From contig JAVVGK010000003.1 in assembly GCA_032249175.1 (NCBI GenBank), forward strand, positions 1-35,525: a DNA stretch of 35,525 nucleotides, in the 5' to 3' direction. How positions within the stretch are numbered: position 1 is the stretch's first letter; every line of letters starts with the position of its first letter. Shown here one piece after another: positions 17,027 through 27,175 of this stretch. The position numbers and the translations under genes were made by a program. This stretch comes from Candidatus Hydrothermia bacterium. Lineage in GTDB: Bacteria; Hydrothermota; Hydrothermia; LBFQ01; DSFT01. A model generated the notes under the pieces. The model did not search any database, was not told where the DNA came from, and saw nothing but the letters and a program-made list of their open reading frames with translations.

Positions 17027-19288
17027 ATGATAAGTTTATTAATTTTATCAAAGCTTGGAGGTGCTTACTATTATCCCCTTGGAACAACGAAATATGTTCA
17101 TATAAACATAGGTGAAGTATCTACTGCAAAGTTCAATAATGGTTTATATGGTTATAATGTAACTGACCCCATTTCTTACAATTATCCTGCCAATATTATA
17201 ACTAACTATCTTTATAGAGGTGGTTTGTGGATTGGTGCTAATGTGGGTGGAGGAATTGTAAGTGCTGAATTTTATAATGATGAGTTTGAATCGGATGACA
17301 ACAATATAAATCCCGTTACAGGTTTTAAGTACATAGGTCCCGGTAAATCTGCGTTTGATGTTTATGCAGTTTTTAAAGAAAATAGTGGTGCTAATAGTGG
17401 AAATAGATTGGGTATTAGGGTTTTTGAGAGGACACTTGCTTGGCCGAATAGACCTTATAATCAATTCTTCATTCATGAATATAAAATTGTTTTTGATCCA
17501 AGTTTAAAAACTATTGCTCAAAATAGTATTGATAGTGTTTTTGTCGGTGTTTGGTTTGATGCTGATGCTTGTGCAGCGAGTACAAGAACATCATTCTGGT
17601 ACGATAATTTAGTTTTCTATGATGGACTTTATAAAAAGGTTATAGATGAGGACCCAAGATATTTAACACTTCCTGGTTATTCTACTGATGACCCACTTTT
17701 GACTTATCTAAATGGTGTTAATTTTGGACTTGAGGATAAATATACAATTTTAGGCGATACTACAATTGAATTGCCTGATGGAGTTCCGGATGGTTATATT
17801 ATTTGGGGTGATGACCCTATTGAAAGGGAGATTTCTGCTAAGGCTGGTGTTGATACAACTAATTTACCTACACTTCCAAATGGTAGAAAGTACATATACT
17901 TAATTCCAAGAGGAATGTCTTACATATTTTATGATGCAAGAGATAAACTTATTAATTCTGAAAATATTAAAAGATGTCCTGGTTTTACTTTTGCTTCATT
18001 TATATACGCGGATCCAACCCCTAATGATAGTGTTTTTCCAGGAGGTAGAATTGTAAGACCTCATGCTCACCAATGGTGGAATATAGAAACGGATCCACCT
18101 TATGCTGGTTCTTCAAATCCTGATATGTTTAATTATATGGCTGGTCATATAGCAAAAACACAATTTTATAGATTTGTTCCAATACCATTGAATCTTGGTG
18201 CTACTCAATTTGATTATAGATTCCTTCTTACAGTTGGTCCTTATTCTGTAAATTATCCTGATACAATTAGATTAGTTTTAGTTACAGGTGTTGGTTATGG
18301 TTTAAATGGTGGTGTTGATAATTATTATAAGGGTGGTAAATATATGTTGGGTGCAAGACAGCTTGTTGAAATTGCTTATAGAACATATTACTTAGGTAGT
18401 AATTGTGACCCTGGTCATCCTGATAATTGCAAGCCCGACCCTGACAGATTTCCTGATAATCATTATAAAATTCCTATTCCTCCACCTTCACCTTCATTAA
18501 AATATAGCTCAGAAAGTGGAAAGGTTATTTTAGTTTGGGATAATAAGCCAGAAATAACACCTGATTATGTTACTAATGAATTAGATTTCGCTGGATATGC
18601 CATTTATAGGACACTTTATAATCCAAGCTTTACATTGCCTTCAAAGAAAAATAATAGTATTGATAAAGGCTCACTTTTAGCTCTTGTATTTAAGGATGGA
18701 ACAAGTGATGCTAGAAAAGATTCAATTGTTAAAGCTTTATTTGGTGTTTCATTAAATGATTTAAAATCAGTTGGTGTTCAAGTTTTTGATAATATCATTA
18801 GAACTTATGAAGATATAACAGTAAAACCAGGATTTCCTTACTTTTATGCTGTTAGTGCTTTTGATTTTCCAACAGCTGATCCTTCTACTTATGGTCTTTC
18901 CCAGCAAAGTTCACTTGATAATTATGCTAAGGATGCTAATGGTTCTCCATTGGCTTTATATGTAGGTTCTCCTATTTCTTCAAAAGATAACTGGAAAGAT
19001 AAAGTTAGAATTGTTCCTAATCCATTTAAAGGATCTGCTGCTTGGTCTGCTACAAAGATAACACAAGAAATAGAATTTCAGAACTTACCTTCATCAGCAA
19101 GAATAGATATATTCACACTTTCAGGTGATCATATTATTACACTTTATCATAATAATCCTGCCTCTGGCTCATTAAGGTGGAATTTATTGACCAAGAATGG
19201 ATTTCTTGTATCACCTGGTATATATTTAGCTAAAATATCTGATAAAGATGGAGATTACAAAATTTTGAGATTTATGATTTTAAGATAG
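17027..19288 (+). CDS. Secreted protein with FN3-like domain and T9SS-type/FlgD-Ig C-terminal sorting domain
   Basis: Start moved to ATG 17027 behind SD GGAGGT; PPPSPSL...VILVWD...FAGYAIYR...YFYAVSAFD, then VPNPF...IDIFTLSGD...WNL...SPGIYL. Confidence 0.75.
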   Translation: MISLLILSKLGGAYYYPLGTTKYVHINIGEVSTAKFNNGLYGYNVTDPISYNYPANIITNYLYRGGLWIGANVGGGIVSAEFYNDEFESDDNNINPVTGFKYIGPGKSAFDVYAVFKENSGANSGNRLGIRVFERTLAWPNRPYNQFFIHEYKIVFDPSLKTIAQNSIDSVFVGVWFDADACAASTRTSFWYDNLVFYDGLYKKVIDEDPRYLTLPGYSTDDPLLTYLNGVNFGLEDKYTILGDTTIELPDGVPDGYIIWGDDPIEREISAKAGVDTTNLPTLPNGRKYIYLIPRGMSYIFYDARDKLINSENIKRCPGFTFASFIYADPTPNDSVFPGGRIVRPHAHQWWNIETDPPYAGSSNPDMFNYMAGHIAKTQFYRFVPIPLNLGATQFDYRFLLTVGPYSVNYPDTIRLVLVTGVGYGLNGGVDNYYKGGKYMLGARQLVEIAYRTYYLGSNCDPGHPDNCKPDPDRFPDNHYKIPIPPPSPSLKYSSESGKVILVWDNKPEITPDYVTNELDFAGYAIYRTLYNPSFTLPSKKNNSIDKGSLLALVFKDGTSDARKDSIVKALFGVSLNDLKSVGVQVFDNIIRTYEDITVKPGFPYFYAVSAFDFPTADPSTYGLSQQSSLDNYAKDANGSPLALYVGSPISSKDNWKDKVRIVPNPFKGSAAWSATKITQEIEFQNLPSSARIDIFTLSGDHIITLYHNNPASGSLRWNLLTKNGFLVSPGIYLAKISDKDGDYKILRFMILR

Positions 19289-19299
19289 GAGGTTTTAGG

Positions 19300-20274
19300 A
19301 TGAAAAAGATATTATTTTTTATTTCTGTTTCTCTTGGAATTTTAAATGCTCAAATATCAAAGGCTGGTCAAGCAGGTGCTAAATTTCTATCTCTTCCTTA
19401 TGATGTTAGAAGTGAATCTATGGGTGATGTTGGTGTTAGTTTATCAAGCTATTCTCCATTTGTAAATCCTTCTATTGTATCTACTTTAAATTTAAAAACA
19501 ATTTATGGATTAGCAGGTTTCTTTTGGGGTATAAATAATTTTGCTATTTCTTATGTTGTTCCCTCAAAAAGGGGTAATTTAGGTTTTTGGACATCTGGTG
19601 TTTATGTGGGTGGTATGGAAGGATATGAGTTAGACCCCAATGGTAATATAAATAGTATAGGGAATTTTAGTTATCTTGCTACTCAACTTGGATTTACTTT
19701 TTCAAGATTTTTAACAGATAAATTTTCGTTCGGAATATCTCCAAAAATTATATATGAAGGTTTTGGTGGTTTTTCTAACGCATATAGCTTAGCGCTTGAT
19801 GTTGGAACTTATTATATAACAGGTTTTAAAGATTTAGTAATAGCAGCAAGTATTAGAAATTTTGGATTTGATATGAAACCCTCTGGTGAATATACAAGGT
19901 ACCTTTATGAAGCAGGACTTGTTGAAACAACCGCTACATATACAAGTTACAGACTTCCAACAATTTTTAGCTTTGGATTATCATTTTCCATATTATCTTC
20001 TGCTTATGGAAAAATTTTATTAGCTTATCAATTAAATCACCCTACTGACAATTTGGAAAGCCATAATATAGGTTTGGAATATTCACTCATGAGCATAATT
20101 TTTGTAAGGACGGGCTATAAAATATATGTTAATCCAGATGAAGCTGTTAATGGAGCAAATGGTGTGAATTTTGGATTGGGTATTAATTATGGTAGGATTG
20201 GTTTAGATTATGGATTTTATAATAAAGGTGTCTTACCGCCTATAAACCAAATAGCAGTCCATTATAAGTTTTAA
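19300..20274 (+). CDS. PorV/PorQ-family outer-membrane beta-barrel
   Basis: KAGQAGAKFLSLPYDVRSESMG, NPS, LALDVG, IRNFG, YRLP, GLEY, RTGY, terminal YKF. Confidence 0.85.
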   Translation: MKKILFFISVSLGILNAQISKAGQAGAKFLSLPYDVRSESMGDVGVSLSSYSPFVNPSIVSTLNLKTIYGLAGFFWGINNFAISYVVPSKRGNLGFWTSGVYVGGMEGYELDPNGNINSIGNFSYLATQLGFTFSRFLTDKFSFGISPKIIYEGFGGFSNAYSLALDVGTYYITGFKDLVIAASIRNFGFDMKPSGEYTRYLYEAGLVETTATYTSYRLPTIFSFGLSFSILSSAYGKILLAYQLNHPTDNLESHNIGLEYSLMSIIFVRTGYKIYVNPDEAVNGANGVNFGLGINYGRIGLDYGFYNKGVLPPINQIAVHYKF

Positions 20275-20288
20275 AGGAGGTTGAGGTT

Positions 20289-22496
20289 ATGAGAAAACTA
20301 TTTATATTTCTTTCTTTCCTTTCAGTAGCAAGTGCTGAGCTTAATATAGGTGATAGGGTTCAAGTTCCCCTTACCTATTTCTCACTTACATTTAGAAAAG
20401 ATTACGTAGAAGCTTCTGATAGTGGATATGCTCGTGTAATTTTAAAAACACCTTATATTTATGTTCTTACTATGGATACAGTTTATATTCAAGAAATACC
20501 TAAAACTTATATTATTCCTCCTGATACTGCGCTAAAAATCGCTAATTTAATAGACACTTTATTTAATCAAATTAAGCCAAATGTTGATAATTATTTAACT
20601 AATTACTTTGGGTATAGTCCAAATTTTCTTGATTCAGACAATGATCCAAGACTTTTTGTTGTAATTGGAGCTTTTTATGTTAGTGACGCATTGGGTTTAG
20701 TTAGTCCAAATAATGTAGTTGGTTATTTTGACCCTTATTATTCATTACAAACGTCATATCCAAGACATGAATATATTGTCCTAAATTGTGCAAGTGTTTT
20801 AACATCTGAAAGCTCATCTGATGGTGATTGCAGAAAATCCTTTAATAGAAATTCATTAAAGAAAGCTTTATACTTTTTATATACAAATTATGTTTTGTAT
20901 GGTTATAAACCTAATGAGGATAATTTTGCTCGCTCTCAAATTGCTTACTATCTTGCTTCAAAAGTTTCAAATGATACTTCATTCTTTTATGGATTTAGAC
21001 AAGGTAATACAAGAAATTTGCTTTATATTATAAATGATCAAATTGATGCCACTTTCAAATACAATATTTCTATAAATCCTACATCTCCTTACATTAATCA
21101 GGTTAATTTGGCGAATACGCTTGACGATCCACAAGCTCAGATTTCATATCTTTGGTTTAATTTCCTTGAAGAAAAAGATGCTAATGCTTTAAAAAGTAAA
21201 ATTTTAGATAATAATAATAAATTTTATAAGCTATTCTCAGATAGTTTAATTAAGAGTTATGTTGTTGAATTTCATTTGAAAAATTTACTTAATTCAAAAG
21301 GTTATGGATATAACTATTCAAATTCTTTCTTACAAACTAAGGAAATATATCCTTGGACAGGCTCATCTTCTGTATTTAAGGGTGTTGGCGGTGGTGATGT
21401 TGATAGGTGGATTTCTCTTCCTATATATGGTGCGGAAGGATTTGTTGTTACTGCTATTACTGGAGCAAATAAACCCATTGTTTGGAATTGGATAGATAGC
21501 TCAAAGATAAAGGTTTTTAAAATTGATACTGTTTCAAAAACAGTTTCTGAGCTTTTAATAGATCCGTTAAGACTTAAAGTTGATAGCTTGAAAAGAGGAA
21601 GAGAAAGATTATTTATTATAAATTTAGACCAGAAAAAAATAGAAATAAGGTATGGTATAAATGATACTATTCCTCCTATGATTTCATCTTTCTTTGTTCT
21701 ACCAAATAAATTTTCATTAAATACATTTGAAGTTTTTCTATTGGCAGATGATTTATTGTGTGTTGATGTTGGTAAATGTTCAAAAGCTTATGTTCAATTA
21801 TTTACACCCGATCCGATATATAAGCCTATAATAGAATTAGACGAATTAGAAACAGTAACTGATATTGCTTATTATGGAAAAATCCTTCTATCTAAGGTTC
21901 AAGAAGGAGATTATGTATTTTCTGTTGTTAATCTTCGTGATAAATTTGATAATATACCTTCAAGTTATCCTTCTGATACAATAACTCTGAATTACTTATC
22001 TCCACAATCTCTTATTTCACTTTATGAAGGTTCTCTTAAAATAAAGAATAATGAGAATTTTGAATATCCTATTGTTATTAAGAAATCAAATGAGGGTTTC
22101 TATATATTTTCTAGTACTAAATTTGATGGTTATGTTTATATTAGAGGTTTTGATAATCAAGTGATTTATTATGAAAATCAACCTCTGACTACTTATTATG
22201 AGAATGGTTATTTAATGGCAAAATTTGTAGGAAATGGTTATTATAAAGTATCCACGGGAAAGCCCATTTATGTATTTTCATTTAAAGTTGAAAATAGAAA
22301 TCTGCTTCTTACATTACCATCTGAAGGAACTGTAAAAATTAGAATATTTGATATTAGTGGTAGGGTTCTATATGATGCTAATAAGCATTTTACCTCTGGC
22401 TTGAGTGTTATTGAGCTTCCTCTTAAAAAAGGTTTATATATCTTTGAGATTAAATACAATAATAATAAGTTTAGATTTAAGCAAGTTATAAATTAA
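20289..22496 (+). CDS. Secreted protein with degenerate metallopeptidase-like region and T9SS type-A C-terminal domain
   Basis: Signal peptide ASA-E; DSDNDPRLFVV...VGYFD; C-terminal VKIRIFDISGR...LKKGLYIFEI. Confidence 0.7.
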   Translation: MRKLFIFLSFLSVASAELNIGDRVQVPLTYFSLTFRKDYVEASDSGYARVILKTPYIYVLTMDTVYIQEIPKTYIIPPDTALKIANLIDTLFNQIKPNVDNYLTNYFGYSPNFLDSDNDPRLFVVIGAFYVSDALGLVSPNNVVGYFDPYYSLQTSYPRHEYIVLNCASVLTSESSSDGDCRKSFNRNSLKKALYFLYTNYVLYGYKPNEDNFARSQIAYYLASKVSNDTSFFYGFRQGNTRNLLYIINDQIDATFKYNISINPTSPYINQVNLANTLDDPQAQISYLWFNFLEEKDANALKSKILDNNNKFYKLFSDSLIKSYVVEFHLKNLLNSKGYGYNYSNSFLQTKEIYPWTGSSSVFKGVGGGDVDRWISLPIYGAEGFVVTAITGANKPIVWNWIDSSKIKVFKIDTVSKTVSELLIDPLRLKVDSLKRGRERLFIINLDQKKIEIRYGINDTIPPMISSFFVLPNKFSLNTFEVFLLADDLLCVDVGKCSKAYVQLFTPDPIYKPIIELDELETVTDIAYYGKILLSKVQEGDYVFSVVNLRDKFDNIPSSYPSDTITLNYLSPQSLISLYEGSLKIKNNENFEYPIVIKKSNEGFYIFSSTKFDGYVYIRGFDNQVIYYENQPLTTYYENGYLMAKFVGNGYYKVSTGKPIYVFSFKVENRNLLLTLPSEGTVKIRIFDISGRVLYDANKHFTSGLSVIELPLKKGLYIFEIKYNNNKFRFKQVIN

Positions 22497-22508
22497 GGAG
22501 GTTAAGGT

Positions 22509-23456
22509 ATGAGAAGACTTATATTTATTTCATTTTTAATTTTGGGATGTTCAGCTAAGAAGACCTCATCCGAAACACCTATTACATATGATGATATTAT
22601 GAATGAAGCCTGGGCAAAATATTCAATTTTTGAGTTTTCACAAGCAAGAAATTTATTCTCTCAGGCACTTTCAATAAATAGTAGGGATAGGGAAGCCTAT
22701 TATGGAAATGCTTTATCTTCCGCTTCTTTATCCTTATATCAAGAAGCCTTTTCCCTTTCATCCTCTGGAATTTTCGCACAAGGAGAACCACCATTAAAGA
22801 AAGTTGTAAATAAAATCATTTTAAATGCTATGCCAGATACTATTTTAATATCTGCTCAAAAAGTTGGAAATGATAGTGTTTATTTTGGTTTTTATTATAT
22901 TCAAATATCTGACACTCCAATTCTTGAAGTTTCATCTATATTTCTAAACAATTCGCTTAAATCTATTTATGGATTCAATAGAAATAAAATTATAGTGCCA
23001 TTTACTCATGTTTTAGATCAAAATAGTAATGTTAAGCAAAGTGATCTTCCGAAAGCTAACGATACTATTTTATATGCTGTTTCAATACCTACTCTTAAAG
23101 ATATTGATAGCTTGCTTTGGAATGTTGTTATTTTATCTTCAGGTTTGGGTTATTTAAGCGATAATTTTAATCAAGCTATGGTATATGGTTATTTAGCATA
23201 TTTTACAAATCCCATAAATTCATTAAATCCAAGAATTGTAAAAAGGTTTAAAAATTCAGATAATGTTTTTAATCTTGCAAGAATTTTATATAAATTGGAG
23301 CTTTATTATAATTTAGCAAATTTACTTCATGATGTTTATCCAGATTGGCCATATAGTAGTTGGGGAAGTAATATAAAAGCTGATATATATTGGTCTTACA
23401 ATAACCAAAATGCTATAAAATCAAAGTTTTATGAGTTTTTATCTACACAACCATAA
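22509..23456 (+). CDS. Lipoprotein with N-terminal TPR-like repeat
   Basis: ILG-C lipobox; AWAKY...ARNLFSQALSINSRDREAYYGNA. Confidence 0.75.
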   Translation: MRRLIFISFLILGCSAKKTSSETPITYDDIMNEAWAKYSIFEFSQARNLFSQALSINSRDREAYYGNALSSASLSLYQEAFSLSSSGIFAQGEPPLKKVVNKIILNAMPDTILISAQKVGNDSVYFGFYYIQISDTPILEVSSIFLNNSLKSIYGFNRNKIIVPFTHVLDQNSNVKQSDLPKANDTILYAVSIPTLKDIDSLLWNVVILSSGLGYLSDNFNQAMVYGYLAYFTNPINSLNPRIVKRFKNSDNVFNLARILYKLELYYNLANLLHDVYPDWPYSSWGSNIKADIYWSYNNQNAIKSKFYEFLSTQP

Positions 23457-23471
23457 AAGGAGGTAAGGAAG

Positions 23472-25193
23472 ATGATGGAGCTGATTTTGATAAGCAAGAT
23501 GGCACTTATAAAGGGTGCCAAAGTTGCTGGAAGAGCTGACCTTTCCAAACTCAATAGAATGCATGCCTATGTTGAAAGGGAAGTCTCCTACTACAATCCC
23601 AAGAATCCTGCTCAAACCTTTGCTTTTGTTGATATATACCAAGATAGCTCAGTAAATCAATATGGTTTGCTTTCAACACTCCACAAACCTGTTTATGTTT
23701 CTGCTAATGGTGATACTATCCTCTTTTGCTTTAGAAGAGTTGACCCAAGTCCTGGTTCTGGAAGGATAGGCGTTGCTTGGAGCTTTGATAGAGGTCAAAC
23801 TTGGAATACTGCTGGTAATATAAATGGTAATTCAAACGGAAGATATCCAAGTGCTGTTGGATTTACATCAGATGGAACGCCTGTTTGCTCATGGCCAGAA
23901 CTTGTTGGAGGCACTTGGGGTAATATGTCCATAGGGAAGGTTGGCAGTCCATCTGTTTCTACTGGCAATCTTGGAACTTATAGAAGCATAGGTTATAAAA
24001 TTGCTCCAGATACATTTGCTTTTATAGGATTTACAGCAGGTACATATATAGTTTATCTTGGTTTTTATGATGCAATAAATAATGCTCTAATAGGTTCTCC
24101 TATTGCTGTTAGAGATCCGACTACTGATTTTGGTATTGCGCCTTATGCAACTGATATAAGTGGCGATTCAGTTTATGTTGTTGGTCTTGATGTTACTACT
24201 GGAAGTCCTACTGAAGATAAAGTCGGATATTTCTTAATTAGAAAAGATGGAACAACGAATCCAGATCCTTCTGTTGCTAATTTCATAGATACACTTGCTC
24301 TTTATGCCTTTACGATAGGGAGTAAAACTTTTGACGTTCTTGTAGATATAGATGTCAGATTTACATCAAATTATATTTATGTTCTCTATGCACTTCAAGA
24401 AAATCCTGTTCCATATGGCGATAACACTGTTTCACACATTTTAGTTTTACAGAAATATACAAGAACAGCTACTGGAGAAGTAGATTGGTCAGTTCCTATT
24501 TATATGTGGGTATGGGCGCCTTGGTATAATAATGGTGTTCAAGATAAATTGCCATTTGCTCATCAACCAAAACTTGCTATAAACGGCGATGATAAAATCG
24601 TTATTCTTTTTGTTCAATGGACAGATTCAACAAATTCTGGTTGTGGAACAAATTATGTAGGTAATGCTCCAAAGGATATATTCTATATCGCAAGTGCTAA
24701 TGGTGGTGTGAATTGGGGTCTTAGGAAAGTCAATTGGAATAATAATCCAAGTAAGCTTGAAGATTTTGTATGGCCTGCAAGAGTTGGTGAAAGAGACCTT
24801 TCAATAACTGACCAGGATTCGCTAATTATTGCCTATTTAACACCAACGGATGGCTCTACTGATATTCACTGTAATGCTTTAAGTGCTGGTAGTACTACTG
24901 GCTCTTACAATTGGTTAGCTAAGGAAGGCATTTCTTATAATAATGGTGATTTTGAAGATAGCTTAATTGTTGTAGATGTTTCTGAATTTTCAAAGAATTC
25001 TAATTATTCTATAATTGGCTTGAAAGGTCAGATTAAGGTTAAGACAGCAGATAAAAATGCTGTTGTATCACTATATAATGTAAATGGCTCACTAATTGAA
25101 AGGAAAGTTGGAGATAACATCATATTTAAGGTTAATAGAGGTGTTTATATTGTTAGAATAAATAAAGAAAATTATAAAGTTGTTGTTCAATAA
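23472..25193 (+). CDS. Asp-box (BNR) repeat protein with T9SS type-A C-terminal domain
   Basis: SFDRGQTW and SANGGVNW Asp-box-like motifs; C-terminal VSLYNVNGSLI...GVYIVRI...KVVVQ; strong SD AAGGAGGT. Confidence 0.72.
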   Translation: MMELILISKMALIKGAKVAGRADLSKLNRMHAYVEREVSYYNPKNPAQTFAFVDIYQDSSVNQYGLLSTLHKPVYVSANGDTILFCFRRVDPSPGSGRIGVAWSFDRGQTWNTAGNINGNSNGRYPSAVGFTSDGTPVCSWPELVGGTWGNMSIGKVGSPSVSTGNLGTYRSIGYKIAPDTFAFIGFTAGTYIVYLGFYDAINNALIGSPIAVRDPTTDFGIAPYATDISGDSVYVVGLDVTTGSPTEDKVGYFLIRKDGTTNPDPSVANFIDTLALYAFTIGSKTFDVLVDIDVRFTSNYIYVLYALQENPVPYGDNTVSHILVLQKYTRTATGEVDWSVPIYMWVWAPWYNNGVQDKLPFAHQPKLAINGDDKIVILFVQWTDSTNSGCGTNYVGNAPKDIFYIASANGGVNWGLRKVNWNNNPSKLEDFVWPARVGERDLSITDQDSLIIAYLTPTDGSTDIHCNALSAGSTTGSYNWLAKEGISYNNGDFEDSLIVVDVSEFSKNSNYSIIGLKGQIKVKTADKNAVVSLYNVNGSLIERKVGDNIIFKVNRGVYIVRINKENYKVVVQ

Positions 25194-25202
25194 TTCTTAT
25201 TT

Positions 25203-25223
25203 AGCCCCCTTTTGGGGGCTTTT
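25203..25223 (+). terminator. Intrinsic terminator closing the TBDR/PorV operon
   Basis: AGCCCCC-TTTT-GGGGGCT followed by TTT, about 10 nt after the stop codon. Confidence 0.75.
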
Positions 25224-25228
25224 AAGAT

Positions 25229-25789
25229 ATGAAAAAAGTTGGTATTTTAGCAATTCAAGGTGATTTTTACGAGCATAAATTAGTTTTAGAAAAATTAGAT
25301 ACTCCTTATAAGTTTGTTAAAAATAAGGAAGATTTTAAAGATATTTATGGACTTATTATCCCAGGTGGAGAATCTACAACATTAAGGAAAATTATTAAAA
25401 GTAATAACTTGGAAGATGAAATTTTAAAATGGAAGGAAGAAGAAAAACCTACACTTGGAACATGTGCGGGGATTATTATAATGTCAAAGAAAATTTTAAA
25501 TGATGAGGAGGGTAGAGGTTTTGGTTTTTTAGATATTGAAATTGAAAGAAATGCTTATGGAAGACAAAAGGAAAGTTTTATAGCAGAAGTTGAGTATTCA
25601 TTTGGTTATAAATCAAAAGTTGCTTTTATCAGAGCACCAATTATTAGAAAAATAAATAAAGGAGAAGTTATTGCTAAATTAGGTGATGAAATTGTAGGTA
25701 TTAAAGATAAGAATTTTATAGGAATAACATTCCATCCAGAAATTACTTTTGATACGAAACTTCATGAATTCTTTTTGAAATTATTATGA
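25229..25789 (+). CDS. pdxT: Pyridoxal 5'-phosphate synthase glutaminase subunit
   Basis: GILAIQGDF, IPGGESTT, GTCAG, RNAYGRQKESF, FIRAP, FHPE. Confidence 0.95.
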   Translation: MKKVGILAIQGDFYEHKLVLEKLDTPYKFVKNKEDFKDIYGLIIPGGESTTLRKIIKSNNLEDEILKWKEEEKPTLGTCAGIIIMSKKILNDEEGRGFGFLDIEIERNAYGRQKESFIAEVEYSFGYKSKVAFIRAPIIRKINKGEVIAKLGDEIVGIKDKNFIGITFHPEITFDTKLHEFFLKLL

Positions 25790-26460
25790 TTAGACTTATA
25801 AATGTATCAAAAAGCTATGGAAGTAAAAAGGTTCTTGAAGATGTTAATTTCCAAGTAAATAAGGGTGATTTTGTGTTTATAGTTGGTGAAAGTGGTATAG
25901 GTAAAACCACTTTACTTAAACATTTATATATTGATGAGTTTGCTGATAGTGGAGAAGTTTATATATTTGACAGATTAGTTCATAAGAAGATGAAAATTAA
26001 AGAAATTCAAGATTTAAGACTTAAAATTGCTGTTATTTTTCAAGATTATAAAATTTTAAGCGATAGAACAGTTTATGAAAATGTTATTTTTCCATTAAAA
26101 TATATGGGACTTTCAAAAAAATTATGTGAGGATAGAGTTGAATTTGCTTTAAAATTTACAAAATTAAGTAATATAAAAAATGATTATCCATATTATCTTT
26201 CAGGGGGTGAGCAACAAAGGATAGCGATAGCAAGAGCAATAGCGAGACAACCTGAAATTCTAATAGCAGATGAGCCTACGGGAAATCTTGATTTATCAAC
26301 TTCTATTGAAATTCTTAAAATTTTAATTGAATTGAATTTTCAAGGTATGACAATTATCATGGCAACACATAATCTTGAATTATTAAACTACGCTAAAAAT
26401 GCCAAAGTTTATAAAATAGAAAATTATAATTTAAAGCCTTTTGATTGGAATTTTAATTAA
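25786..26460 (+). CDS. ftsE: FtsE-like ABC ATPase
   Basis: GESGIGKTT, IFQDYKIL...TVYENV, LSGGEQQRIAIARA, ADEPTGNLD, MATH. Confidence 0.8.
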   Translation: MIRLINVSKSYGSKKVLEDVNFQVNKGDFVFIVGESGIGKTTLLKHLYIDEFADSGEVYIFDRLVHKKMKIKEIQDLRLKIAVIFQDYKILSDRTVYENVIFPLKYMGLSKKLCEDRVEFALKFTKLSNIKNDYPYYLSGGEQQRIAIARAIARQPEILIADEPTGNLDLSTSIEILKILIELNFQGMTIIMATHNLELLNYAKNAKVYKIENYNLKPFDWNFN

Positions 26461-26829
26461 TTTTTCTCCATTTTTCTTAAATTTTAATTTAATTTCAATT
26501 GTATCATTTTCATTTAGGTCTTTCTTTAAGTTTATTAACATTATATGATAAGAAAGCGGTTTTAATTCAAAATTATTTTTTATTTCAATAAAATCAATTC
26601 TTCGCATATTAAGTCTCTCTCCTTCTTTAAATGTTTGATGGATTTCACTAATTTCTGAGCAATCACAATAAACTTCATATAATGTATCTGTTTGTCCATA
26701 ATTTCTAATTTTCATAAAAACTGCACTTGCTCCTCCCTTTATTCCAATTCTTCCATAAGCATTTGTAATTTCAATCCCTTCTTTTTTTGAGCAAGAAATA
26801 AGAAAAAAGATAATTAGTAGTTTTTTCAA
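26431..26829 (-). CDS. Copper chaperone PCu(A)C lipoprotein
   Basis: Start re-called at TTG 26829 (KKLLIIFFLIS-C lipobox, TTGA overlap with upstream stop); SEIH...NM...LKPLSYHIML Cu motif. Confidence 0.88.
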   Translation of the reverse strand: MKKLLIIFFLISCSKKEGIEITNAYGRIGIKGGASAVFMKIRNYGQTDTLYEVYCDCSEISEIHQTFKEGERLNMRRIDFIEIKNNFELKPLSYHIMLINLKKDLNENDTIEIKLKFKKNGEKLIKIPIKRL

Positions 26830-27173
26830 GGTTGAAATTTTAAAGTCCATGAAATAATAGTGCTTAAAATAGAAAATACAATAACTGCCAAAAGACCATT
26901 TAGAAATCCATTTATTTGAAACCCAGGAACAATTAAACTTGTTATATAAAACAAAAACAGATTTACAAAAAATATCCAAATTCCAAGTGTTAAAATAGTT
27001 AAAGGAAAGGTTAAAATCAGAATAATAGGCTTTATTAAGGCATTCAAAATTCCTATAATGATTGTTGAAATAATTAGAGAAGAAGGAGAGGAAAATTTTA
27101 TCCAAGGTGTAATATAAGAAATAATCCACAAACTAACACCATATATGATAAGCCTTATTAAAAATTCAGACAC
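26826..27173 (-). CDS. YvlD/DUF360 ('phage holin family 4') membrane protein
   Basis: GILNALIKPIILILTFPLTILTLG...VN...VPGFQINGF signature. Confidence 0.88.
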   Translation of the reverse strand: MSEFLIRLIIYGVSLWIISYITPWIKFSSPSSLIISTIIIGILNALIKPIILILTFPLTILTLGIWIFFVNLFLFYITSLIVPGFQINGFLNGLLAVIVFSILSTIISWTLKFQP

Positions 27174-27175
27174 AG

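Noticed and set aside
26830-27129. N-terminal 100 aa of the 232-aa ORF 26431..27129
   Set aside because: Out-of-frame overlap with the YvlD gene; the real PCu(A)C start is TTG 26829 with a lipobox.
26826-27173. Prophage signal from the 'phage holin family' gene
   Set aside because: The YvlD/DUF360 family is commonly chromosomal and there are no phage genes nearby.
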